The notes beneath the pieces were generated by a model. It was given only the letters and a program-made list of their open reading frames with translations, ran no database searches and was not told where the DNA came from. This document shows positions 42,442 through 52,371 of a stretch of 64,000 nt of DNA, piece after piece; position 1 is the stretch's first letter, and every line of letters begins with the position of its first letter. The position numbers and the translations under genes were made by a program. Origin of the DNA: Alphaproteobacteria bacterium (GTDB taxonomy: Bacteria; Pseudomonadota; Alphaproteobacteria; UBA828); the NCBI GenBank assembly GCA_965214705.1, contig OZ243972.1:320001-384000 (forward strand), read 5' to 3'.

Positions 42442-42549
42442 ATTTCCGGGGCGTAACCGCCCCGGCCTCATTGAGGCCACCGTGAGCGTGTGAAGCAGAC
42501 CTTCCGCGCGGCGATTTCCGGGGCGTCACCGCCCCGGCCTCATTGAAGC
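42442..42549 (+). CRISPR. Orphan mini-array: two 36-bp type I-G (I-U)-like repeats and one 36-bp spacer
   Basis: ATTTCCGGGGCGT(A/C)ACCGCCCCGGCCTCATTGA(G/A)GC at 42442-42477 and 42514-42549; internal hairpin CCGGGGCG/CGCCCCGG; ATTGAAGC end. Confidence 0.8.
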
Positions 42550-43562
42550 GCGTTGCCGATCCGGGTACGAGCGCGTCGAGTCAGTGGGACGAACTGGCCT
42601 CATTGCCACCGATAGCCCGCGCGATGGCCGCGCCGACGCGTTCTGCCGCCGCCTCGATCTCCCAGTCCCCGACATGGGCGTATCGTAGCGTCATGCTCGG
42701 GCGCTTGTGGCCGAGCAGGCGGGAGACGACCGGCAGCGGGATGCCCCGCAGCACGGCATGGCTGGCAAACGTATGACGAAGGTCATGCAGGCGCACGTCC
42801 TCGATCCCCGCTTCCCCGCGCACCGAGTACCAGAGCCTCAGATCGCACGAGAACGGCCGCCCGGGGTTCGACGGCGAGGGGAAGACATACGCGCACCCGG
42901 ATCGTGGTTGCCGTTCCAGGATGGCGCGGGCCGGCGCGTTCAGGAAGACCCGTCTCGGCCCGGTCTTGGTGTCGCTCAAATTGAGCGTGTCCTCGTCCAC
43001 ATCCTGCCAGCGAAGGGTCCGGATCTCGCTCTTCCGGCAGCCGGTCAGTAAGAGAAGGCGGATGATGTCCGCCTGTCGAGCGTGTGAGGCCCGCGCGTCG
43101 GCGTAGCGGTCCAGCACGCGGTGAAGGCGGCGGATCTCCTCGCGCGACAGAAAACGAGTGAGTTTCGGGCGGGGGTTGCGCTTGATGCCACGCGCCGGGT
43201 TCGTCTGGAGATGGCCGTAACCGGCCGCATGGTTCAGGATCTGGCGAAGCAGGCTCAGCGCGCGATTGGCCCCGCCGGGCGCGGACCGGCTATACTCGTC
43301 GAACCAGCGGGTCACGCCGGCCCGGGTGATCCGGTCCAGGGGCAACGCCCCGAACGCTGGAAGCAAGTGTGCTCTCAGGATCCAGGCTGCGGTCTTTGCC
43401 GTGAAACAGATTCCGGCGAGGCACGCGTGGTGACGGTCCAACCCGCGAGTTGTGCGGAGTTGGCTGAGATCGCCGGCGTCGGCGCGGCAGTGACGAGCGG
43501 TGGACTTCCCCGATGTGGCCCGAAGCCGGTCCCGCGTAGCCGACAGGCGTGATGCAGGCTGC

Positions 43563-44813
43563 TCAGGCGACCTTGAGTTCCGCGTCCACGGGCTCGATGT
43601 AGCCGTAGCGGCGGAGCATGCGGATCCACCGAGGGGCGTTGCGCTTGACCATCAGCGCGTCGTAGTCGGCCGTGCGGTCGTAGTAGGGCCTGCCGGTCTT
43701 GAGGACGACATAGATGATGCGCAGCATCTTGTGTGCGCCGGCGACGATGGCGCGCTTGTAGCCGCGCCGGGCGGCGAGGGCGCGGTGGTGAGCCTCGAAC
43801 TGGCACCCCTTGGTTCGGGCCGCGCCGTGGGCACACTCGACGAGGCAGGCGCGCAGGGTCTTGGAACCCATGCGGGTGCGCGCGTTGCGGCGCTTGCCGC
43901 CACTTTCGTTGTTGCCGGGGCAGAGGCCGGCCCAGGCGGCGAAGTGCTCCTTGGAGGCGAACGCCTCGATATCGGGGCCGATCTCGATCAGGATCGTGGA
44001 CGCGGCGATGCGGTCGATGCCGGGGATGGTGGTCAGCAGGCGGAGCTGCTCCTCCCACGGGGTCATCTGCCCGTCGATCTTCTTGGTGTAGGACGCGATG
44101 CGCGCCTCGAGTGCGTCGTGCTCCTCCAGAAGATCGTTGAGCATGAAGCGATCGTTGTCGCCCAGGCTCAGGGAGAGCGCCTCGCCGAGCCCCTCCAGCT
44201 TGTTCGCGACGTGGCGGGTGAGGGAGGCGAGGATGACCTCCCGCTCCGTGCCTTGAGCCAGGCCGTCGAGGATCTTGCGGCCGTTGACGCCGAAGACATC
44301 GGAGATGATGCCGCCGATGCGCGCACCGGCACGGTCGATGATCTTCTGCACACGGTTGCGAACGGTGGAGCGCTGCCTGACCAGGACGCGGCGCTGGCGG
44401 CTCAGAGCGCGCAGCTCCCGGAACGGCTCAGGCGGAACATGGGACGGCGTGCAGAGCCCGAACTGGCACACACAGGCCAGCCACACGCTGTCGGCCACAT
44501 CGGTCTTGCGCCCCTTCAACTGCTTCACCTGGCGCGCGTGCACCAGGATCGCCTCGATCCCGGCCGCCTCCAGGGCCGCGAAGGGCGCCTGCCAGTAGAC
44601 CCCGGTCCCCTCCATGACCGCAGCCTCGACGCCGTGAGCGGTCAGCCATGCGACCATCTCCTCCAGACCGCTCGGCAGCGTGCTGAAGCAGCGCGTCTCC
44701 ACCACCGGCTCGCCCTCGCCCTCGCAGAGGCGAACCGTCGCGGTGATCTCCATCTTGTGCACGTCCAGACCCGCCGCGCGCGGCCGGACGACGTGCAAGC
44801 CTTCCGTCTTCAT
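43563..44813 (-). CDS. IS110-family recombinase/transposase
   Basis: DEDD motifs GLDVHK, MEGTG, KTDVAD; ESGGK catalytic-serine motif. Confidence 0.93.
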   Translation of the reverse strand: MKTEGLHVVRPRAAGLDVHKMEITATVRLCEGEGEPVVETRCFSTLPSGLEEMVAWLTAHGVEAAVMEGTGVYWQAPFAALEAAGIEAILVHARQVKQLKGRKTDVADSVWLACVCQFGLCTPSHVPPEPFRELRALSRQRRVLVRQRSTVRNRVQKIIDRAGARIGGIISDVFGVNGRKILDGLAQGTEREVILASLTRHVANKLEGLGEALSLSLGDNDRFMLNDLLEEHDALEARIASYTKKIDGQMTPWEEQLRLLTTIPGIDRIAASTILIEIGPDIEAFASKEHFAAWAGLCPGNNESGGKRRNARTRMGSKTLRACLVECAHGAARTKGCQFEAHHRALAARRGYKRAIVAGAHKMLRIIYVVLKTGRPYYDRTADYDALMVKRNAPRWIRMLRRYGYIEPVDAELKVA

Positions 44814-44878
44814 CGCCTTCCTCCTCATTTGCGCTCTCGCCACGGCGGCGTACGATCACGCCGTGGCATCGCCACGGT

Positions 44879-45055
44879 GGAGGCGGGGACAGCGGTCGGA
44901 AGGACACGCATCCGCCGAGCGGGTGCGGTTCGATTTGCCGCGCGTCCACGGCCAAAGGCCGGGTACAATACGGGGTGCGGAGCCGACCGCCGGAAGCAGT
45001 TTTGTCATCGGGAACTACGTCACCGATATAACGACGCTCACACGTCCCCGCCTCC
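44879..45055 (-). ncRNA. Candidate IS110 bridge RNA
   Basis: Non-coding end upstream of the recombinase, closed by a 12-bp stem (GGAGGCGGGGAC/GTCCCCGCCTCC); contains short matches to target and donor junction sequences. Confidence 0.55.
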
Positions 45056-45869
45056 GCCAACACCCATCCTGACACGGCAGAACCAGTGCAGGCGTGAGAA
45101 AAACGTCAGCCCAAGCGCCCCTGTTTCATGCCACGGGGTGGCTCAGAACCGCGGGGACCATGACTGTTTTGTGTCGATGGTTTGCATCTGTCGAGACGCG
45201 CCCGCGCCGGACCTGCGGCGAATTCCGCGAAGGTCGGGACAGTTCCTCTTCTCGGCCTGCCGGACCGCGCTTCGGTCTCGACGGCGAGGCACTTGGCGCG
45301 CGCCTCCTCGACCCTCATCAACGCGGCAGACCCGAGCGTGATCCTGCGCGCGCCGCCCTCGCCCTTCCGGCAATAGACATAGCTCCGGTGCCCCGACGAC
45401 CGAACCCGCACGCCGAGACCGGTCTGGCGCGTGTCCCAGACGGTGTGCACTACCTAAAGCGAACTGTTCGCGAACGAACCGTGACGCAGGGTTGCTCTTT
45501 CCTCCTGTATATGACTGACGCTACAGTGAGTTAGGATTCTTGTCAAGGGCGGATTGGGCGGAGATGGAGAACACATTGGCAAATCTTGTGTCTCTCAGGA
45601 GTTGCACGCGGGGAAGTGGGTTGTGGATATTGACGTAGAGCGCTGGTATGGCTTTTATCATGAATTGGGGGCTCTGCGAGGACACAATGGCGGCATATAC
45701 TATCGCTCACGAGGAATGCCATAGGATTTTGGTGACATATTCCTCGTCCTCACGAAGCCACGTGTCCCGGTTGCAGCAGGTCCCTACGGGCGGCTCGCCA
45801 CCATGAGGGAGGATGCCAGTGGGCGCCGCCAGCGCGCGGTCATGGCGACCGATGCGGAGTGGGAGCGGA

Positions 45870-46070
45870 GTGCGTCAGGCGAACTGGTGCGAGTGCAGTT
45901 GGTGAAAGTCTAACAGGAAGGAGAAGGTGAGCCACCACTTCCACCCCGAGTCATGGGCCGTTGTTCGCGAGGGCGAGGGTCAAGCGTTGACAGGGGCGCG
46001 TGTGGGCGGGGCTATTGAGCACCGAAAGAAAAACATCATCCGGGATGCCGAGGCTCTTTGCCGTGAAAAT
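45870..46070 (+). mobile_element. 5' fragment of a group II intron
   Basis: GTGCG start followed by domain-I-like GGTGAAAGTC...CCCCGAGTCATG...AAGCGTTGACAGGGG...TATTGAGC; no RT or domain V follows. Confidence 0.55.
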
Positions 46071-46579
46071 GCCCTCGGGTTCGGCACAAACACTCCCGCG
46101 CGACGCCGGTGTGCTGCTCCGGGGTCGCCGGGTATCCGCGACGAACGGTGCTCCTCTTATGAGGACTGCGACCGGTAGGCTACCCCGATGTGGTCCGAAG
46201 TCCGTCCGCGCGACGGGCACCGATTTTCATTCTACGGGGTGGTCCAGCACGGCGTCGACCATGATCGTTTCTTGACGGTGTAGGGGACGGTCAGCTTCCG
46301 TCCGCAGCGGCGGACTCGCCGTCCAGGCGGAGTGACGGGAGATTGTCGCGTGCGCGTGATGTGAGCCGAAGCCGTCGCGGCGCTTGAGCGACGAGCGACT
46401 CCCGTTCCCGACCGTGCACGCCTTGCTTCGTGATGTTCGAGGCGTTGCCTTCTCCGGAGCCATCTCGATAATGCCGGTCTTCAACGTTGCGCACGATCAC
46501 GGCACGGACGGCTTGCCGCCGCGATTGGTGTCGTGGCGGCCATGACGGCGATTTCTCCTGGAGCATCCGACGCTAAACC

Positions 46580-48070
46580 ATGCGGTGCGAACAGACCTGC
46601 CGGACGACCGACGAGGCGCCTGCCGAGGCGCCGCTGGTCGTCGATGTCGACGGCTCGCTGATCGGCGGCGATCTGCTGATCGAGGGGATCGCCCGGCTGC
46701 TCTCGGTCTCGCCGCTCAGCCTGTTCGCCCTGCCGTTCTGGCTGGCCGCCTCGATGGTGAGGGGACGCGCCGGGCTGAAACGCAGGATCGCGGAGGCGGT
46801 TCCGTTGCCGCCTGACACGCTGGCGTTGAACCCGGCCGTGCTGGAGGAGATCGCCGCGGCGCAGGCGGCGGGACGCGCGGTCTGGCTTGCCTCTGCCTCC
46901 GACGAACGCGCGGTGGCCCCGCTCGCCGAGACGGTGGGAGCGGCAGGCTGTCTTGCTTCGGACGGACGCACCAACCTGGCGGGCGAGGCCAAGGCGGCCG
47001 CTCTGGTCGCGCGCTTCGGCGAGGGCGGGTTCGATTACATCGGCAACGAGCGGCGCGATCTGGCGGTCTGGAAGCGGGGGCGACGGGCCATCGGGGTCGG
47101 TCTTTCGGCGGGCCTAGCGCGCAAGGTTCGGGCGCTGGACGGCGAGGCCCGGTTCCTGCCCGGGCTCGGCGGCGGTCCGCTCGACCGGTTCCGGGCGTTG
47201 CGGCCGCACCAGTGGATCAAGAACGTGCTGGTGTTCGTTCCCCTCGCGGCGGCGCACGAGACCGGCGCGGGGCCGTATCTGGTGGCCGCCGGGATGTTCG
47301 CGGCGCTGTCGGCCGTAGCATCGGGCACCTATCTGCTGAACGACCTGCTCGATCTCCCGCACGACCGCCGGCACCCGGTCAAGCGCCACCGCCCGATGGC
47401 TGCGGGGAGGGTGCCGCTGCTGCCGATGATCGGCATCGGCGCCGCGCTGGCGTCGGGCGGCCTCGCCCTGGCGTTCTGGCTGTCGACCGCGGCGGGGCTC
47501 TGGGTCCTTCTGTATCTGGCCGCGACCTGCGCCTACTCGCTGTCGCTGAAGCGCAAGACCTTCATCGACGTGGTGACCCTCGCCATGCTCTATGCGGTCC
47601 GTGTGCTGGCCGGCGCGGCGGCGGTGTCGGTCGCGCTGTCGCCCTGGCTGCTCGCCTTTTTCCTGTTCCTTTTCCTCGCCCTGGCCATCGTCAAGCGTCA
47701 GGGCGAGCTGCGCGCGCTGCTCGGGTCCGACCAGTCCGCGCCCAGCGGCCGGGCCTATCTTGCCGAGGATTTCCCCGTGATGGCGGCGCTGGGCGCGGCG
47801 AGCGGCGTGGCCTCGGTGGTGATTCTGACCCTCTACATCCAGAGCCCGGAGACGGGGGAGCGCTATGCCCGCCCGGAGCTCCTGTGGCTGATCTGCCCGC
47901 TGCTTCTCTACTGGCTGGGGCGCATGGCGCTCCTCGCCTGTCGCGGGGGGGGGGGGGGGGACTCAAAACGGGTACCGGGTAACGACGACCCGCTGATCTT
48001 CGCGCTGCGTGACCGGACGAGCTGGCTGACCGGCCTCGGCGTCCTGGCCGCGTTCGCGGCAGCCCTGTGA
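46580..48070 (+). CDS. UbiA-family polyprenyl-phosphate phosphoribosyltransferase with N-terminal HAD-like domain
   Basis: VDVDGSL (HAD-like); LRPHQWIKN, NDLLDLPHDRRHPVKRHRP, DDPLIF; G16 tract at 47945-47960. Confidence 0.88.
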   Translation: MRCEQTCRTTDEAPAEAPLVVDVDGSLIGGDLLIEGIARLLSVSPLSLFALPFWLAASMVRGRAGLKRRIAEAVPLPPDTLALNPAVLEEIAAAQAAGRAVWLASASDERAVAPLAETVGAAGCLASDGRTNLAGEAKAAALVARFGEGGFDYIGNERRDLAVWKRGRRAIGVGLSAGLARKVRALDGEARFLPGLGGGPLDRFRALRPHQWIKNVLVFVPLAAAHETGAGPYLVAAGMFAALSAVASGTYLLNDLLDLPHDRRHPVKRHRPMAAGRVPLLPMIGIGAALASGGLALAFWLSTAAGLWVLLYLAATCAYSLSLKRKTFIDVVTLAMLYAVRVLAGAAAVSVALSPWLLAFFLFLFLALAIVKRQGELRALLGSDQSAPSGRAYLAEDFPVMAALGAASGVASVVILTLYIQSPETGERYARPELLWLICPLLLYWLGRMALLACRGGGGGDSKRVPGNDDPLIFALRDRTSWLTGLGVLAAFAAAL

Positions 48071-48077
48071 CGCGCGC

Positions 48078-48491
48078 ATGGTGCCGCCCGCGTCTCTCGG
48101 CCTGCGCTACGCCGCCTTCGCCGCGGCCGCGACGGCGGTCAACGCCGCAACCCAGTATATCGGCAGCACCCTGTACACGGGCCGCTACGAGCTGTACGCG
48201 GCCATGGCGGCGGGAACGCTTGCCGGGCTGATCGCCAAGTACGTCCTCGACCGCCGCTGGATCTTCCATGACCGGCCCGCCTCGCCGCGCGGCCACGCGG
48301 TCAAGTTCACCCTCTATTCGCTGACGGGCGTCCTGACGACCGTCATCTTCTGGGGCACCGAGCTTGCGTTCGCAGCGCTGGGCGATGCGCCCTGGCTGCG
48401 CTACGCCGGCGCCGTCCTCGGGCTCGCCGTCGGCTACACCGCGAAGTACCGCCTCGACCGGCGCTTCGTCTTCCGGGAGCGGGCCGCATGA
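48078..48491 (+). CDS. GtrA-family flippase-like protein
   Basis: 137 aa, four TM segments, KYVLDRRWIF / KYRLDRRFVF. Confidence 0.88.
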   Translation: MVPPASLGLRYAAFAAAATAVNAATQYIGSTLYTGRYELYAAMAAGTLAGLIAKYVLDRRWIFHDRPASPRGHAVKFTLYSLTGVLTTVIFWGTELAFAALGDAPWLRYAGAVLGLAVGYTAKYRLDRRFVFRERAA

Positions 48492-49825
48492 CGCTCTCCG
48501 GCTGGGGCCGGCATCCGGTGCTCGATTGCCGGCTGGAGCGCCTGCGCCGGCGCGAGGACCTGCCCACTCTGCTCCGGCGCGGCGGGACGCTGATCGCGCG
48601 CGGCAACGGGCGCTCCTACGGCGACGCCGCGCTCAACCCGGATCTGACGCTCTCGATGCTGGCGATGGACCGGATGTGGGCGTTCGACGCCGGGACCGGC
48701 CTGCTCGACTGCGAGGCCGGGGTGCTGCTCGCGGACATCCTGGAGACCTTCGTGCCGCGCGGCTGGTTCCCGCCGGTGGTGCCGGGGACCGGGCTCGTCA
48801 CCGTCGGCGGCATGATCGCGGCGGACGTGCACGGCAAGAACCATCACCGCGACGGGAGCTTCGGCGCGCACGTGGAAGCGCTGACGCTCGCGACCGCGGA
48901 CGGCGCGATACGGGCGTGCAGCCGCACGGAGAACGCCGATCTCTTCCGCGCCACCCTCGGCGGGATGGGGCTGACCGGGGTGATCCTGTCGGCACGCTTC
49001 CGCCTGATGCCGGTCGAGACCGCCTTCGTGTTGGCGGAGACCTGGGCCGCGCGCGACCTCGACGAGACGATGGCCCTGTTCGAGGAGTCCCGGGACTGGC
49101 CCTACAGCGTGGCCTGGATCGACAGCCTGGCGCGGGGCACGAGGCTGGGCCGCGCGGTGATGACGCGCGGCGCGTTCATGGAGCGCGGCGCGCTGCCGCC
49201 GCGGCTCGCGTCCGATCCCTTGCGCTTGGCGCATGCGGGCAATCTCCGGGTTCCCGCCGATGCGCCATCCGCCCTGCTCAACCGGGTCTCGATCGGTCTC
49301 TTCAACGAACTCCATTACCGGCGCGGGCGGGGACGAGCACGGGCCGGGGCGCGCCCGGTCCGTTTCGACCGCTTCTTCTTTCCCCTCGACCGGATCGAGG
49401 CGTGGAACCGCCTCTACGGGCGGCGTGGGTTCGTCCAGTACCAGTGCGTGCTGCCCAGGGGCGAGAGCGCGGCCGGGATCGCCGCGCTTCTGGAGCGCGT
49501 CGCCGCGTCCGGGCGGGGCTCGTTCCTGGCGGTGCTCAAGCTGTTCGGCCCCGCAGGCGAGGGGCCGATGTCGTTCCCCATGGAGGGCTACACGCTGGCG
49601 CTCGACTTTCCGATGCGCCGCGGCACGCCGGCGCTGCTCGATGCGCTCGACGAAATCGCCCACCGGCACGGCGGGCGCGTCTATTTCGCCAAGGACGCCC
49701 GCTGCGCGCCGGAACGGGTGCGCGAGGGCTATCCCCGGCTCGGCGCCTTCGAGGCGGTCCGCGCCGAGGCGGCCGGGGCGCCGCCCAGGTTCGCCTCCGC
49801 GCTCTCACGGCGGCTCGCTCTGTGA
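48488..49825 (+). CDS. DprE1-like FAD-dependent oxidoreductase
   Basis: LSGWG, ARGNGRSYGDAA, PGT..VTVGG, DVHGKNHH, WNRLYG, FVQYQ, YFAKD. Confidence 0.9.
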   Translation: MTLSGWGRHPVLDCRLERLRRREDLPTLLRRGGTLIARGNGRSYGDAALNPDLTLSMLAMDRMWAFDAGTGLLDCEAGVLLADILETFVPRGWFPPVVPGTGLVTVGGMIAADVHGKNHHRDGSFGAHVEALTLATADGAIRACSRTENADLFRATLGGMGLTGVILSARFRLMPVETAFVLAETWAARDLDETMALFEESRDWPYSVAWIDSLARGTRLGRAVMTRGAFMERGALPPRLASDPLRLAHAGNLRVPADAPSALLNRVSIGLFNELHYRRGRGRARAGARPVRFDRFFFPLDRIEAWNRLYGRRGFVQYQCVLPRGESAAGIAALLERVAASGRGSFLAVLKLFGPAGEGPMSFPMEGYTLALDFPMRRGTPALLDALDEIAHRHGGRVYFAKDARCAPERVREGYPRLGAFEAVRAEAAGAPPRFASALSRRLAL

Positions 49826-49851
49826 CCTCCCCTTCGAGAGAGAGGAACGAT

Positions 49852-52371
49852 ATGTCCCGTCGAACGACGCGAGGCCCGTTGATCGCTGGCGCGCCCTTAA
49901 TCGCACGGTGTCTGGATATTGCGGCGGAAGGCCAGATCCCGCCCGCTCCGTGGCGCAACGCGCTGTTCGCCCTGTTCATCGGCGGTATCCTCGCCTACGG
50001 GGCGGCGTTCGCCTGGTACATGCTCACCCATTTCGACCTGATCAACCTGATCCGCGACGTGAACAACGACGACGCCTTCTACTACTTCCAGATCGCCTAC
50101 CACTTGGCCGAGGGGAAGTTCTCGACCTTCGACGGCGGCATCACGCGCACCAACGGCTACCATCCGATCTGGCTGTTTCTGATCACGCCGTTCTACTGGG
50201 TATTCGACAAGGAGACCGCGCTGTTCGCTATCAAGGCGTTCGAGATCATGCTCGTCGCGGGCGGCGTCGCCCTCATCACCGCAGCCGCCCGTCTGGCACG
50301 CCTGCCGTGGTATCTACTGTTTGCAGCGCTGCCGATGCTCTACCAACACCGCAGCTTGTTTTCGGGGTTGGAAGGGGCGGCGGCGTTGTTCATGCTGGGC
50401 CTGTTTTTCCTGGCGCTGTGTCTTTATGCGCGGGATCCCGCGCGATGGCGGCGGCCGCTGGCCGCCGTCGCCTTTGCGCTGCCCTGGGCGCGTCTGGAGT
50501 ATGTCGCCATATCGCTGGCGGCGACAGGAGCGCTGTGCCTTGTCGAGTGGTCCCGGCAAGACCGCCCGCCCGGCGCGCCGCTCGGAGAGCGAGTTCGTTC
50601 CACACTCTCCGCCAAGGCGGTCGTTCCGCTCCTCTCCGGCTGCGCGGGCATCCTGGTGTATTTCTCCTACAACCGGCTCGTGTTCGGCGGCATCGTGCCG
50701 GTGAGCGCCGCGTCGAAGCAGGTCTGGTCGCAGACGCGATGGGAAAAGGAAGGCGGATACAGCCTGACGCAGAACTTCCGGGACGTATTGCAGATCGGCG
50801 TCTTCGACCTTGAGCTGCTGGTCGCGCTGGAGATCTGCGCCTACCTGCTGCTGGTCTGGTGGTTCGCCCGCCGCTCCCACAGCCGGGAGGACTGGTTGCT
50901 GCTTGTCTTTCTGGTGGGCGTGTTCGGCTTGGCGGCAGGTCACGTGGCCAAGTTCGCACAGAGCGTTCTCACCGTGCATCCTTATTGGGGGAGTTACTCT
51001 TGGTATTTCGTCCCGGCGTACCTGATGATGGCGATGATCATTCCAGTGCGATGTTATGTCGCCATTCACTTTGTTCGGCGTTTCATCGAGCCGCGATCGC
51101 ATCGGGCGGCAAATGTTCTGTGCCTGGGCATTGTCGTTGCCGGCGCGGTCTTCCTGCTTGCAAGGGCGGATTTCACCTCTCCGTTCCGGTTTGTGGACTG
51201 GGCGAGCGGGTCAACCGACCGCGAATGGGAGGTTACTTCTCATATGGGTACGCTGGTCATGGATCGCCTGCTCCCCGAGGACAGCGTGATCGGGTCGTGG
51301 GACGCTGGCGTCATAGGGTACTTCTCGCGCTTTCCGGTGGTGAACCTGGACGGCCTGGTCAATTCCTACGATTACATGCACGCCCGCAAGGAAGGAACCG
51401 CAGCCACGTTTTACCGGCAGTATGGGATTACCCACTTCGCGAACGTCGACAATGTAAGAAACAACCGGCGCCTCATGCTGTTCGAAGGCCCGCCATATCT
51501 CCACCCATCGGGTGAACGCCGATTCAGGCTGTGGTCGAACGAGCAGCCACCGGAGGCGTCGCAGAGCGGATTCGATCGTTCCGCGAAGTTCTGGGAGAGA
51601 ATGACGCCGCATTTCGATTACGTGTCGGAGTCAGTTGCAGTCATCGTCGACGGCAACATGGCGCAGGCAGTCGCCAGGGATTGCGTGCCGGCGGAAATAC
51701 ATGGCCAACTCCTGGTGTTTTCCTGGTTGACCGAAGGAGGCGAAACGGTTTCCCGCGCTTGGCGTCCGTGGAAGGACGCCGGCGAGAACAGCCTGGACTT
51801 TTGCGTGAACGCTTTCGAATTGCCCAACGATGCCCGCCCTCCCATTCGGATCGGAACGGCACCAGCCGGCAGTATCACGATTCACAGCGGCGACCATCTG
51901 TATCTTGGCGAGCAGGTGCTGGCGCGCTTCGAGGACGGCTTCGACGGCTGGCTTCTGGAAGGTGAAGCGGTCACGAATCACAGCCAGTATGGGCGCTACA
52001 GGGGTCAGCAGCCGATCAGCGGCAACGAGGGCCGAGGCTTCCTGACGAGTTACCATCCCGACAAGGGAGACCGGGCCACCGGACGGGCGCTCTCGCCGGA
52101 GTTCACCGCAGTGCATGGCCAATATCTCACATTCCTGATCGCCGGAGGCAAGGGCGGCGGTGTCGGGCTGCGCCTGTTGGCCGACGGCGACGAAACCGCG
52201 GTCTGGCGCGGCCGGAACACCGAACGGTTCGAACGGGTCGTTCATCCCCTGGCTGACGTCGCCGGCAAGCGTCTGCAACTGGAACTGTTCGACGGTGAAT
52301 CCGGCGGCTGGGGCCACATCATGCTTGATCAGGTCATGCTGGTGCGCCGCAACGCAAACGATCTCCAATGA
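49852..52371 (+). CDS. GT-C fold membrane glycosyltransferase (putative arabinofuranosyltransferase) with C-terminal CBM-like domain
   Basis: DDAFYY...TNGYHP after TM1; many TM segments; DAGVIGY...NLDGLVN. Confidence 0.75.
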   Translation: MSRRTTRGPLIAGAPLIARCLDIAAEGQIPPAPWRNALFALFIGGILAYGAAFAWYMLTHFDLINLIRDVNNDDAFYYFQIAYHLAEGKFSTFDGGITRTNGYHPIWLFLITPFYWVFDKETALFAIKAFEIMLVAGGVALITAAARLARLPWYLLFAALPMLYQHRSLFSGLEGAAALFMLGLFFLALCLYARDPARWRRPLAAVAFALPWARLEYVAISLAATGALCLVEWSRQDRPPGAPLGERVRSTLSAKAVVPLLSGCAGILVYFSYNRLVFGGIVPVSAASKQVWSQTRWEKEGGYSLTQNFRDVLQIGVFDLELLVALEICAYLLLVWWFARRSHSREDWLLLVFLVGVFGLAAGHVAKFAQSVLTVHPYWGSYSWYFVPAYLMMAMIIPVRCYVAIHFVRRFIEPRSHRAANVLCLGIVVAGAVFLLARADFTSPFRFVDWASGSTDREWEVTSHMGTLVMDRLLPEDSVIGSWDAGVIGYFSRFPVVNLDGLVNSYDYMHARKEGTAATFYRQYGITHFANVDNVRNNRRLMLFEGPPYLHPSGERRFRLWSNEQPPEASQSGFDRSAKFWERMTPHFDYVSESVAVIVDGNMAQAVARDCVPAEIHGQLLVFSWLTEGGETVSRAWRPWKDAGENSLDFCVNAFELPNDARPPIRIGTAPAGSITIHSGDHLYLGEQVLARFEDGFDGWLLEGEAVTNHSQYGRYRGQQPISGNEGRGFLTSYHPDKGDRATGRALSPEFTAVHGQYLTFLIAGGKGGGVGLRLLADGDETAVWRGRNTERFERVVHPLADVAGKRLQLELFDGESGGWGHIMLDQVMLVRRNANDLQ

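Larger units (their letters stand above)
43398..45167 (-). mobile_element. IS110-family element inserted in intB of element A
   Basis: Removal restores ...STQKTAA...; short A/T core shared at both junctions; ends uncertain by 1-3 bp. Confidence 0.85.

Noticed and set aside
42478-42513. Spacer targeting sequence within the window (GTGTGAAGC at 62347; CACCGTGAGCG at 5197)
   Set aside because: Only 9-11-bp matches, plausible by chance; no evidence for RNA-guided integration.
48364-52371. 1335-aa ORF as one giant protein
   Set aside because: The first ~490 aa are an off-frame shadow of gtrA/dprE1; the real gene starts near 49852.
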